Position numbers and translations under genes: made by a program. From Klebsormidium nitens (Eukaryota > Plantae > Klebsormidiophyceae): a DNA stretch of 64,000 nucleotides. Location: positions 50,493 to 114,492 of the forward strand of contig DF237224.1 in assembly GCA_000708835.1 (NCBI GenBank), in the 5' to 3' direction. Positions 49,953-63,286 of this stretch are shown one piece after another (position 1 is the stretch's first letter; each line of letters opens with the position of its first letter). Under the pieces are notes generated by a model. It was given only the letters and a program-made list of their open reading frames with translations, did no database searches and was not told the origin of the DNA.

Positions 49953-52900
49953 CTAAAGTTGACTTGACTCACTCCGGACGGCTTTTTGTAATGCGCTTTT
50001 GAACTTGTTCTTTGAAGGATTTGTGGCGGGAGTAGCATCCTCTCCATCACTGGCTGGAGCTCTCATAGTCGCCGGCCTCTCCCTTTCAATGCAATCCCCA
50101 GATTCGACGTCAGTCCCTTGCACAATTTCTTCGGGTGCTTTCTTGCCCCTAACATTCCATTGTCCAATCACCTTGCTCGTCAGCTTATTCACGTACTTCC
50201 GCTTTGAAATCTGACCGTTGAGGATGGATATTATGATAGCCACCGCAATGCTCACGGCCAGCACAACCCAAAGTCCAAACACCTGCAAGCAAAACGCAGG
50301 CGCGACAGTTCAACATCATATCTACTTGTCGACAGGTTTCGCGGCCAGTAGGTTCCTCAAGGTTACTTCTTCAAGAGCAAAAGAAGATGATTACTGTAGT
50401 ACCTACCAACGATATTGTCCGTTTACCTGTAGCCTGAGTTTGCAACATTACAGGACCATGCTGCTTCCTAAGCCGATCGTATAATGGCCACCTGTTAATG
50501 CACGAGGAAGAGCAAGAGCACTTCAACTCACCTGCGAGAACGTCACCGGTCTTGTGGTTGCGGACAGCACAGGGCAGCTTGCCCCCTGCGTGAAATGTAC
50601 GGATTGGAGCATGTCCAGCTCCCCAGACACCTCCATTTCCAGTACTGCTGCGCTGAATTGAGCTACCAATGCAGGGTTCGTTCCGGGCCAGAATGCCGTT
50701 GCATAGTTCATGGAAGCAAACTGGTCTTGCTGCAAGGAAAACGACGCAAAGTCTGGCCCAGCCGTCGAAGTTCCAACAATCAGAGCCTGACACCCTCAGC
50801 TTCTGCGTCAACAGCACGATCAAACCACACGTCCGTCAAGAACCCCTCGATCACTCCGTAAGCTAGGCCAATCACTCCCGCACTTATGATCAACAGGCAA
50901 TGATCGACTCAGAGCAGACCAGAAGTCAGTGGTGCTTATTGATGCTTGATAAGCGCCGTCAGGAAGCATGCAGTCCTTGGCATCGAAGGTACAGTTCCCC
51001 TCCAGATCTGTTTCAACAGTATGTAACATAGTCAGCAAGCCGCTCACATGCTAACATGCAACTTAGACCACATTCTTCGAAGATAGTCGAACTTACCAGA
51101 TGATAGTTGCAGTCCGTTGAGGCCAGGTATTGCACCAGGGCAATGTCAAGGACGAGCGCAACGATGTCCCCGCTCTGAAGGTCATCTAACATAACCTGGA
51201 ATTCCTCATCGGTGTTCCTGAATAACGAAAGGGAGTCACATCTCAGCGAGGACCTTTCGACTAAGAACAACCGGAAGCAGCCAAGAGCGGCTGACTTGCT
51301 TGAATTCCTTTGATATTCCTGACTTGGCATCGACTGGCTAGTCGGCACAGCCATGCAAGTTGACACTAGTGCAGATGACAAGCCTTTCAGCATGCAAGCA
51401 ACGACGTGGCGTTGAATTGACACTCTTGCGAAAAGCATATTTGTGGCCATCCGAGAGTCGCTCACCAAGGATAGAGTTTGGGGAGAAGTGCAAAGCTATT
51501 GAGTGTTTCAGCATCCCCTTCCCAAGCGCCAAAAGTCTTACCACGCAGGTCGTATCTTGCTGCGAAAAGATTGACAGTGAAAGTCCATAGAAAGGCAGGG
51601 AGATTTGGACAGTGTCATCCGTCATCTTGTTATGTTGTAGAAGTCTATGTTAGCAAGACTGAGTTGCTAGAAAGACCGCGCTGCTCACAATCAGTCTGCC
51701 ATTAATCGAAGCACAGTGACTTGCTTCTCAAAAGATTTGCTGCATCATTTGGCATGGTCACAAATGCAGAACTCCTGCTTATGAAGCGCATCAACTATTC
51801 GGCTATCTACTGGGATGCAATCTTGCAAAGAATTAAGCTTCGTAATGTCAATCGATGATGAGTGACTTACAGTTGATGGTGGTTTTGAATTGTTGAGTGG
51901 TCAACAGGGCCGCTGCGTTTCCGGTATACATGGTCAGGAGAAGGAGTATCATGAAGCACCACACGAGGATGATGAGGCGGGAAGCCAGGGAGATCCCCGT
52001 CAAAGAGGCGGCGGAAACTATCTGGCCCAAGGCTGTTGCAACGAGCGAAGAGGAATGTCAGACGTCTGAACCCCCAATCGACGATCAACCATGAAGCTTA
52101 GATCATCGATCAGACGATGTCTTTTATTTAAGGGGTCTTCAGATTCAACGATGTTAATTGCACGGTCTCCAGAGTAACGTTGAGAGAGGTAGCAAGGCAA
52201 GAAGCGAATGTTTTCGCGGGTGCTAAAAGCTAATTTACTCTCAGAAAGTCCAAAGCGATTGATTCATGCAAGCCACCTGTATCTGCGCTTGAAGCAAGCA
52301 ACAGGCCGTGAGAACTAGACCATTAAGCGCAGTGAACTTGTGAGCCTGGATCCTTCTGACTCGCCCTCTCATAGACAACGGAGGCGTAAGTTGACACCCT
52401 TACCCATCCACATGGATTCAAACAAGCCGTGTTCACCCGTCAGAGACACCCCCGCTCTGACTTCCCGACTTGTGAACTGCTTTGAAAGTACCTCGACCAA
52501 GTGAACCCCAACGCTTACTGCAATGGCTGCAAGACAAAACACAGTGCTATGATTACATGGTTTCAGAGAGGAGATGTAGTCACGATTATCTAGCAAAGCA
52601 CATCATTGCCGGAATATTCTGGTCTTCTGAGTGCTTCCATGCTTCAACCAAAAGTCGTCACGTCGTCTGTCACATTTGTGCCTCTAAAGCTGCGTTTTTG
52701 AGACCAGGTTCTCAACGCTCTGCTTGCAAGACACGAGGCAGAAGTATAGCGCTGCTGATTGTTTTACTTGAACCTCTAAAGGAGTTTATTTGGAGTTGAT
52801 TTGGAGTTGCAACTTACCAGCCACAATAAGCATTCCCCAAACTTGCCATGCAAAGGGCTTGGTGAAGATCCAGCCGTCCGGCTGTTCTATTTTGGCATGG

Positions 52901-54205
52901 ATCATCACCGCCAGGTTGTTGTGGAAGTCTGGATATACAAATTGGACGCCCTGGGCAAGGAAATTGGGCCGGATCTGCGATGCCAGGAAGCGCGTTATGA
53001 GATTCAGGGGATCAACCTTAATCAACTGTGATTTGGCAGCTAGCCCACCGATACTTTTACAAACGAAAATCAACGCAAAGATCAATCAGCGATGTGACGT
53101 CTGCTCCAGCAAACGGCCCTGCCAATGGCCCTACTAATTTTGCATCCAGTAGGCTTTAGCAGATAGCCTCAGACTACTGTCTGAGGGCTGTTGACAATGA
53201 TCTGGGTGAGCGACATTTTTCCTGATATTTGAGCAAGCCACAGGAGACAAAATGCGTCATTAAAGAGTGGCTTAAGCTTCCAAAAAGTGACCGGATACCA
53301 AGCAGGGGTTCATTTCCAGAGGTTTCCAAAGAGGCGGTCAGAGCAGCTGAAAGCATAGAGAACCTGAAGCCTTCTGCGAAAGAGATTGATTAGCTTGCAA
53401 CTATCCTATTGCGCGCCAACAAAGGGGCTAGACCCCTACATCTCAGCTAGGACAGCAGCATCCGGACTTGCATCACAACCTATCTCTGCACGTGATGCTA
53501 GCCTATGCTACGCTAGCCTCCGTCTTATATCTTACCTGCATATCTACTGCTGCCGCGTCACAAAACCCATGCACTGATGAGTTTAGAATGTCGTTCTGCA
53601 TAACGTCGTAGTCCAGGCAAGCCCAAGTGTAGTCGTCCTCTGACCAGCCCACTTTTGAGGCAGCCTTCTCAAACACTTTGACGGCATAGCCTGACACATG
53701 GGGCAGCTTTGCAGGTGTCAATCTTCAGCAAAGTGGTCATGTGTTGCATAGACCGTTGGCTTTGATTGAAGGCCACATGCTGAATCTGCTGTTGACCACA
53801 TCCTGTCTGCAAAGGCATCCTGAGGAGTCTCCACGAGCTGGAAAGGGCACGACGCCTAGAGAGGAACTCACTAAACAGATCCTGGAACCTTTGTGTGCAC
53901 AAACCTACGCTAAGACCCCTTTCAGCAAGAAAGATGATCAGCGCGCCGTTGCTGGTTAAAGAGCCAGCAGGCTGCCAGAACGAGGCCAGACCTGCACACA
54001 GGTTCTTACCTCCATAGGTTGAGCTGTCGGTAGAGCTTAGTTCACAGGTGGAGTAGGGGATATTTGAGACTGTGCACACGGTGTATGTCTCGTTAGGCGC
54101 CTTAGGGTAGTTTATAACGCGAGCCTCCACACTTCTGATGAGCTGAACAGCAACGACAAGGAGGGCACCTCCGTACAGGAAGGCGCAATGCAATGCCCCC
54201 GCCAT
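49953..54205 (-). CDS. GLR-like: Ionotropic glutamate receptor-like channel lacking the amino-terminal domain (~511 aa)
   Basis: Phase-consistent exons 54205-54010, 53690-53536, 52974-52818, 52526-52404, 52032-51871, 51559-51466, 51217-51097, 50729-50532, 50282-49953. Layout: signal peptide, S1 (GYAVKVF..CDAAAVD), pre-M1 (FTKPFAWQVW), M3 (MYTGNAAALLT), S2 (SGELDML) and M4. The last exon could continue via a donor near 49972. Confidence 0.85.
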
Positions 54206-56168
54206 TATCCAATCAGCTCCAGCAGACGCAGTCTATGTACAGCTTTGGTAAAAAGTTGCTGCTGCTGCCAGCAACAGACTATAGGCAAGACCCATGCAGG
54301 CGGGTTTTGCCATCGGTGACCCTCGGCGTCAGCTAGTGGGTGACAACCTAGATATCTGCACCGATGTATAGGTACCGGCATACCTATTAAAGTAGGTACT
54401 GTTCGAGTGCTCGATAGGATATGGTGCTTCAAGGTGTCGAAGGTGCAAAACCGGCGGGAACTCACCGGGCACTCTTACGCTCAGTTTGCCACCCCAGTTC
54501 GGCCAACATTCCGAGCACTATCACGAGCTCGGAGAACCAACAATCAAGCCGATCTTTCCGACCGGTCAATACGGGGCCGTTTACTAAAACCGTACGGTAG
54601 CCCGTTCACTGTAGTTCACTCTGGTCGGATTGGATCTTTTGCACGTTTTAAATTCAAGAAATGGATACAGATTATGCGGCATGCCCCCGTGATGCCGGCC
54701 TCATGCGGTTGGTTTCTAATCTGCCGGGTTACCATGCAACTGCTACAGTACCTATCTTTCAACTGGGCACTTCTTTAGCAGAACTTCTACTGTAGCAGTT
54801 CTGCGGTAACCGTTGGGTTACAAATCTGGATATGTATATGAAATTTCTGTTTGCCCGGGATGAGGACAAATGCTTTCGAATTCACAATGATAAGCGCGGC
54901 TACTGAGGCGGGGGTACTTACTGACGGTACGGTCTCCGAAGTGCCCGGGCCGTACCAATCAGCCGGGTACCATACCGCCGACTGGCTCGACGTAACCAGC
55001 ACAGCATTTGACTGAAACTCTGAGGGGTGATCCGGCTTCTATCAACCATGATATGGTGGTCGCCGCAGAAACTGCCGGTGTTCGCACTGAGCTAGTAAGA
55101 ACGCCGCCCAAGCCTGAGGCTGCCCTGTCAGACTGTGCACATAGATAGTACGAGACGTCATGGCCGCTGCCGGCTTTTGAAGGCTATAGTGGTCAAACGG
55201 CGACGAAAATCGGCTCCAGCGTATTGGCAAAAGTCCTAGCGCGCTCGATCCGAGGCCCGAGGGAAGACGTACGTGGGAAGGCGCGCAGCAGACCAAGAGG
55301 CCTGGCAAGGGTTGATTGACTCTGAGCAGGAGGCTGAGCAGAGCATTGAGAGGGAGGCTGAGCATTTCGCACGCAAGAGGAGGAAGCAAGCAAAGCGACT
55401 CGATCAACTTAGATGCTTCAACAGATCAACATAAAGCCTTGGTGAAATGATGGGTCACGTGGAGACGGCCATGGTGCTGCAGCCATTCAAACGTCAGCTC
55501 CAAACCGCCACCATTGCATTGATCCATATTTATACAAGCACAAGCAGGGCCGCTAGGTGGCAGAGTCTACTTTGCACTGAGCCATGGCCGGAAGCACGCG
55601 ACGACACTTCATATCTTAAAATCGCAACTTGGGCACATGCATACTAAGATTGTCGATACAACTTGGGGGGCGACCGCCGGAAGGTCACTAGCGTGAGTCC
55701 GCATGCCATGGCAAATTGTCTCTAAACGTATACATCTTGGAAGCGGCGGCTAGAAGCTTGAATTCGAACTCATTGAAGCGGGCTGCTTACCGACTTCTTG
55801 GCAGGTGTCTAATTCTAAGTCGTGCAAGCAATTGCGAATGAGCGCGCTAAGATTGAGGTCGGATCAGTCTGATGATCGATAAAGAGCACGCCTGATTGTG
55901 TCAGATCTGAACTCAATCGGCACAGGATAGTAACGCGCCTTTCTGGCAATCAGGTCAGCTCTTCCTGCAACTTCTTATGCTGTCACTGTCAAAATTAGAT
56001 TCAATGTGCAGTTCCAACCGACACCTCTTATGTACCTTTGTCAGTAGCTTTCGGACACACTTCTTGGCTGCAATCGGCCTCCTTACTGGAACGTCTTGAC
56101 TTGCTTTTCTGGTCAATTTGATTAGTATACCGGTATTCGCTTAAAGTCTAAAGACTCAAAAGTACTTC

Positions 56169-59100
56169 TTACAATCCAAAAACCTTGCGGTTCATATTCA
56201 TCTCGACGAGCTCGTCCGTCGTCAACCCGATAATCTCGTTCGCTTTCTTTAAAGATTGGTGCATGTATCGGCCCAGAGAATCCTGAAAGGAGGCCCAAAC
56301 AGAGCTCAGACTTCAGCCTCGTATTAGTAAAATCAAAGGGCCTTCAAGCACTTGCGAAGCATAACCAATCGAGGACGTGACATCGGTTGTGCTGCCAAAC
56401 TCACATGTAACGTTGAGGCAATGTACCGCGACGGACTTGTTACACGTGAGCTCTCGGTTCTTGTTTTGCAGCAATGACTTATACATTCCAGTAGATGATG
56501 AGACTCCAGAGCGAGGCAAGGCGTCACCCATATCCGAATTGTCTTCTGACCTCTTCTAGAAACGTTTCAAAGTTGCAGCGCTAATTGCCTTACCCTGTTG
56601 ACGATGCTCAGCTTCTCCAGCTTTTGCAACGCATCCGACACCTCGAAGTTGGTCGTCTCCTCAAACTCTTCTTCCAGCAACTCCTCGCAAGCCTCATCCA
56701 ACTCCTGCGAAGGCATTCAAAAGCGATTGAAGGAACGGCCAGACTCTCGTTCTTCAGAACGACTCCAACATCTGGCCCTGCTGACCCCGAATTGTCGAGC
56801 AGGAAGCCAGTTTCGACGCTTTTGCTGGTCCATTTCTGGTGATCCAGGATAGATGATCGAATCGCGGATCTTCACAGAAACAGGCAGAGAAGCGACGGAT
56901 CAGAGCACGCAGCACTGAGGATCCGCAAACAGCGACTTTAGGCATCGCCAAGTGGGTACGTCCAAGCGAAAGCACAAATGCTGACGGGCAAGTCAAATAC
57001 AGGGCTGTAGTTCTGCTCATAGTCGGCGCCTCAAGGAGCTTTGCTGATCACAAGGACGCTCACCGTTTCTGAGAGCTTGCCCTGCGTCATGAGGACGAAG
57101 TACGCTAAGATGACCTCCTTCACCTCCTGCTGGATGACGTCATCGCATAGGTGGAGCAACGTGCCCCGTCCTGCAACCAAAGGACACGAAGGTCAGTGCC
57201 CAAAATAACAAACAGGAGTGGTCCCTGACTAGCGACAATCTGGCGAAGCAACAGACTGAGACAAAAAATCTTTGGCGGCCTCATGAGGATTGGAAACGGA
57301 TGTGCTCAGACTGAAAGCCTGCCTTTTCGTCGAGAACAAGCCCATGGCGCGCTAAGCAGCTAGATTAACTTCTACAAATGTGGCGCTGCCAGGACTCAGT
57401 CCACGAGCTGTTTCAGAAAGAGCTTGACTTGCGGGCAAACGCGGGAAGGCTTGCACCCACACGGAACCTCGCAAACCGATTGCAGACCTGCTTACCGGTT
57501 AGAAAGAGTGGGGGCAGTCAAATTGGTGCTTACCACTATCCATGTTCTTGTCGTACATCGCTTTGACCATCAGGCTTTGGTACTTGCTCCGCGCAATCTG
57601 GAAGCTGCGGAATCGAGGGGCGAACATGAGCAATTGCAGCATCACTGATACAGGGGTGTAACGTTTAGGGCGGAAGTTGAATGAATGCAGAAGAGAGCTT
57701 CAACTTTTCATTCAAGCCACTTTCCGTGTGGTAAACAACCCAGATATGGTTCTTTGCCCTTAAAAATTACCTCAAAGGGCAGCGGTGAACATGCGACAGA
57801 TTGGAGTGGCCTTGTGCTAGAGGGGACTCTTTTCGCCCTTCAGCTCATTATAAACAGTCCAAAACCGCCCTCCTACCAGGCCTCTTCGACGTTGAGATCA
57901 CGCTACAAAGAAACCTGGCTTGCAATCTTGACAGGGTGCTTAGCTTCAAAGACTGCGGCTGCAGGATGCTCACTCTGTATAAATTTTGAAGATGTAACCC
58001 CCGACTGCAGTGAGCACCGCTAGCAAGACCTTGGTGTCGATCTTGCTTCCGTCCAACGAGCCCCACAGAGCAGCCTGCAAACAGCAGGTTTCGAGCCACG
58101 TTACAGGCGGTTTGCAGAACTGTGCAATGATCAGAACCGCAGCACTACTGTCCGCAATGTACATAAGGACTCCTTTAAAATCTGGCGTTGAAGTCGCAGA
58201 CTTTGGCAGGGCAGATTTCGATGCCTGAATTTCAGAATCCGCAATAAGCCCAGCACATACGAGATTGGAGCAATTCTCTTTCAATCTGAACAATCCGAAC
58301 GGCAGCCTCTGAAAGCTGGTCGTCCCCCAGCCATGAGTTGTTTCCCATCGTGAGTTTGCGTTCTGCCGAGTGTTACGGAAGCTCTTCGAGACGAACGCAA
58401 GATCTACGAGCTTTAGCAGAAGACAGAAGAGTACAAGAGCCGCTCGAGATCGATGTGAGTTCCTGCTGTAGTACGGGCTGGTTCGGAACCACAAGAAGTA
58501 GAGAGAAGCTCTAGATCGTTCACCTGAGGTCGTATCAAAAACTCTCTGCAGCCCCACATCTGATGCACGGACTCTTCTTTGAAGACTTTCTATGGCTGGT
58601 GCTTATCTATGAAGGTCCCAACGAGAAAGGAAATGATGCTGCAATATGTGGTGCCCGATACTTTGAAGGCCCACGAAAGCTTTCAAGTGCCAGTTCCGAA
58701 AGCTGAAAACATTGCCCCTTGCCACGGGCGGAAAGTGTGTGTGTCCGTCTCTCCTACGCTTTAGTCATGGCCACGTTTCCATCTGAAAGCAGCGAACCCT
58801 CGTGTTAAACCTCAAGCCACAGTAGAAGAAGCCGTTCATTTGCACTCACCGCGCCCGCCGCTGCAGACCCGCCGATCTTCACCGTGTCCATCGGTGTGAG
58901 TCCTGGGGTCCGTTTCTCGGGCTGCAAGAAGCGCACGTGTTTTGAGTACGACGTCATCCAGTACTGGGAGGGCACTGGTTCCTGACGTCAGTACGGACTC
59001 ATCCAAAAGAGGGAGAGCAATCGACTTCTGAAGTCAGCATCGACGCTCATATTCTTCCATTCAAAATAGGAAGAGCAACTCGTTGACGTCCATGCTGACG

Positions 59101-62100
59101 TCAGAAAGCAGTTGCTCCCTGTTTTGAATGACAGGATATGACGTCCATGCTGTCGTCAGATTCTGTCATTCAGAACAGAGAGAGCAATTGGTTTCCAACG
59201 TTAGCATGGACATCATATTTGGTCATTCAGAACAGGGAGAGCAACTGGTACCTGACGTCAGCATGAACGTCATATTCTGCCTTCTCGTTGAGTCCAAACC
59301 CTCAACCTGATCCTCGTGTTTCTAAATGACTGTCTTCCGTCAGACATTCAGAATCTAGGATCTTACGATTCGAGGAACAAGGGTACTAGGTGGTGCTCTC
59401 ACCAGCACAAGCTCCATGTCCGCCATCGGAATGTTGCGGAACTGCTTGATGTGGATCGTACGGTCGCCGAGCGCATTCGTATGGCTGGCGGGTGTTGCAC
59501 TCCTGAGTCACCAGAAATATGTGAGAAGTCGGCAAAGTAGAACGCCAAGGAGCGCGAAATATCAATTGAAGTGAAGCAAGATAGACGCGTTTCTACTGAG
59601 CGAGAATCAACAAATCTGCATGATGGCTCGGCACAAAGCCTGGCTGTGAACGGGAGCGTCCCAAGAGCCGCCTTGCTTAGATTAGTGTTGGAGGAGCGGA
59701 ATGCACCGGTTTGTCAGACCTAGCCACTCGAACAAACTTTCACGTTGGTGCGCTACAAGATTTTGTTGCAGAAAGTGGCGCGAAACTTAACGAAGGATCC
59801 AGGTCGGTGGAGTCTTTCCGGGAATGGAAATTTGCGCACTTGACTTTGGAGCCGAATTTCGTCCACTGACCAGATTGGAGTTCAATGGCGGCCAGTTTTG
59901 TAGTGCCTGCAGTGTGTGGAAGCCGAGCCGCGCATCTTTCTGCGACCGTCCGTCTACAACAATCTTTCACGTTAGAAAGGCGTGACAGTACGAACGGCAT
60001 CGCGCAAATGGTCTCACCTGTACACGAGAATAATCCTCTCGAAGGTCGGCTCCTGGATGGTGGTGGTCGTTAGTAAGTTCCTGAAACTGCAGTGTGCAGC
60101 GCAAAGCTTGATTCAGTAGGGAAGGAAAGAGCTTTTGGCGTCTTGATACAGGGACAAATTACAGGTCCAGAATCCTTGTAGTGTCCACGAACAAGTTACA
60201 TCATCACCCTAGCCTGATTTCTCTGACGGAGGCGAGAAAGTCCATAAATTGCAGTTCGAAAAGGGCAGCTGGTGCCGCTATCCTTCCATCAAAGAGACGG
60301 GGCTGCCCCGCCCCCGAAGGGTGGTATCATACTTCCTTTTGCCAGCTCTTGAAGCGGGCTTACGGACAGAACCAACCTTTGAAACAGCCTGTTCGAATAT
60401 CAACAGACTGATCCGCATTTTCGCACGCCATAGCGCATCTGATCTAGCATGACGAACAAGCGGTTGAACATCTTGAAAGATTGAAGACCCTCACCTGATT
60501 TGCATGTTCTCAAGCCGAACCCGTTCCACATACATGCTCTCTCGGTCGTGAAGACTGTTGTCGGCTGCCCGGTCTAACTGTGCCTGGTTTGTTCTTGAAG
60601 ACTCGGCCTTCTTCGACTCTTTTTCGGCTCTTCGTATCCGGTTCCTGAAGAAACGAGAAGATCTTTCCGGCATGTTGTAAGCGCAGTGAAGTGTCAATTA
60701 CAGTGCAGTCAAGACCACTCCGGTGAATCCGTCGCCTGTCTCGGCACAGGAAAGGGACCCGAAGAAAGCACGAAGCTCATATCCTCGAAATCTTCACCAG
60801 GTACCTTGTTTTCCGGTGAGTTTTACATTGTTTCTCTCGGAAACATTGAACGAGCGTGTCCTCCGCTCTGACAGAGATTCGTAAGGAAGATTAGAGAGAT
60901 GGACTTTCATTGACAAGAGCAAGGCAAATTGAGCACGTTTGCACCTTCAAGCGAACAGCACTGTGGAGAAACATCAGGAGGCCTGGTTTCTCACCAGACA
61001 AACTTGAACGGTTGGAGCAGCCAGACGAGCAGGTACCCAATGAGAAGGTTGATCTTCTCCATGATGAACAGACCACTCGTCTGGTCCTTGTCGATTCCTC
61101 TCCGAAATAGCAAATACTGCAAAACAAACACACAAACAAGTGTTGGGAGCACTTTCAGATTATCCATTTCTGAGTTGCGGTACCATGTCAGCACATACAA
61201 GAAAGGGCGTGCTACTTGCGCCATGCAGGGTTGATTGCTTGCCCGCTCTTTGACTGTTAGGATAGTGCTGGCCCTTTTGACAGTTAGGGTAGAAAGAAGC
61301 GTTCCTACCAATCAGGCCGAGCGTTGCCTTTTCTGAGACATATAGACGTACTTCAAGCCCTCTCAACACGTCACAAACTTGATCAGACGCAGTCGAGGAG
61401 CAATCCGCTCGAACGAAGTCAAAACGTGAGGCGGACCTTACGTGTCTGCTGTACGAGGGCAAGGTCTGCTTCGTATTTTCGGATGCAAAGAAGTTGCTCA
61501 ACAGTTGCGTGTCTAATCGTTTCAGGTCAACCTCGATCGGCAGATTGAGCAGATACTCTCCCTTCTGCGCAACCTCATACTCTGCATCGCTCAGCAACTT
61601 GAAGTTGCTCTTCTCGAAAACCTGCAGCAATGTGAAAGGAGTTCGTTCAAGGATCATTGGAAGCAACGGTCTCTTCCAACCATGGAGAAGAGTATATAGG
61701 CCGCCAGAAGCTGCGAGTCTTCGTACACCCCAGATGTGGCTGCCTCATACTATATTCAAATGTCGCAACGAAAAGCGGCTGGTTTTATAAACACATGTGA
61801 AAACAGCACTATGCAGCGGGCCAGTGCCCGTTGTCACCGCCGAACCTCTTACGTTGGATCTGAAAGCTGGATCTCCCGTCTCAAGCGCAGTTCCTGCCTC
61901 TCAAAGAACTCAACTCTTGTCAAAACTTCGGCGAGTATCGCAACTCTTCCTCGTCAGTTGACCAACCTAAGCAGGCATCCTTTCTCCAGCATACAGCTCA
62001 TCTTCAAATAGACTCGGCTGGAAGACATTTCGGGGCCACTTTCATACGAACCAAGTGGTCAGAAGCGTTCTGTCGAGATGTTGTACTTAAGAAGTGTTGT

Positions 62101-63286
62101 ACCTGCATGAGGTGCCGCAGGAATCGTACTTCAAGTTTCTCGATCTGAGTAGGCGATAAATTCTGTTGCTGTAGCTTCAAGGTCCCAGCTACTGGTTCAA
62201 AGAACGAGTAGAGTTGCTGCAGACAAGGAAAGAGCGTTTTTTGGATCAGAGAAGAATACTTGCTACTCACAGCAGGCAAAGGACTAGAGATTTCAGATTG
62301 TGGACGATGTAGCAAAACCGCAACCTCACAACTTGTTTTCTCAGACATCACTTCTATTAATCAAATCACCAAGCTTGTAGCATGTGCAGCTTAAAAGCTT
62401 GCAAGACCACCAGATCTGATCATGTTGATCAGATTGAATACCAGATGATGGAACTTGAAGATCATCGGGGCTTTTTCCACAATCTTCGTGCATCACATAC
62501 CATGAGTTCCTCAAACTGTAGGTGGTACCTGCAGCCAAAGAAGTCTGTTGATTGACTTATCCACCTGGATGGCGACAAGGGAGATTAAGCGGCCCGCCAG
62601 ATATTTAGCAGCAGCCAGTATATCGGGGGTGTTCTGGACACTTCCAAATAGCATATGAGGACCAAGTAGGATGCAGATATAGTACCTGGTTGTAAGATGC
62701 AAGTCATGTCTATGTGATGGAGCTTCCTAAGTGCATGCTTCGAGAGGTGTATATGAAAATCCCATACTTCATGGAATCCCTTCTTGATTGCAACCTGCTC
62801 TTAGGTAGTTCCAACAAGGACAGCACCCTGTCATGACCACCTCACCAACTTCTGATTGTGGCGTCCACTCTCCGGCAGAGTGTGAGGAAGTCTTTCCTGT
62901 CGCTGTCTTGTTCTGCAGCGAGTACATTTACAACCTAGTCATATTGTGCACTCAATCAAGAAAATGTTTGAATCAAGCTTGAACTTCCTTTCCGTTACAG
63001 AAGGTTGCACAGGTTATTGAAGAGATCGATAGGCTGTGAAGCAAAGATCAGTGGCAGCAACTTGGCCATCTCATTTGGAAGGAAGTACATCAGCCAATTT
63101 GATCGAACACAACACAATGCCGCAACGAATTGCAATCTTACCAATCATGTCAGCCAGCTTTGTGATAAGCTTCAGCTTCAAGGTTCTGATGACCGCTTCC
63201 TTTTCAATCCTGAGAACATCCCGCTTCTTCAAGCTAAGAAGCGCCGGTGCTGCTGACAATCCTCTGTGCGACATGATGTCAACCAT
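56169..63286 (-). CDS. DUF3754 family protein (At3g19340/At5g13940-like)
   Basis: 15 phase-consistent exons: 63286-63142, 62912-62846, 62528-62501, 62216-62103, 61621-61442, 61116-60995, 60644-60495, 60086-60018, 59502-59403, 58921-58850, 58074-57974, 57604-57534, 57170-57064, 56704-56594, 56282-56169. Motifs YLLNLPI, LFRRGI, TIQEPTFER, FRNIPMADMELVLPEK and GRGTLLHLCDDVIQQEVKE. The 5' end may extend further. Confidence 0.9.
58960..59280. repeat. ~57-bp intronic minisatellite (~6 units) with an internal inverted segment
   Basis: Consensus is approximately CATTCAGAACAGGGAGAGCAACTGGTWCCTGACGTCAGCATGGACGTCATATTCTGT. Segment 59084-59160 is its reverse complement. Confidence 0.85.

Noticed and set aside
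54338-54494. Possible MITE/hAT terminal inverted repeats (gggtgacaacct / agtttgccaccc)
   Set aside because: Only 10/12 match, no target-site duplication is visible, and no second copy occurs in the window.
58922-58981. Initially taken as the start of the DUF3754 exon
   Set aside because: Homologues read MExVLPEK with no insertion, so the main acceptor is at 58921. It is kept only as a possible alternative acceptor.
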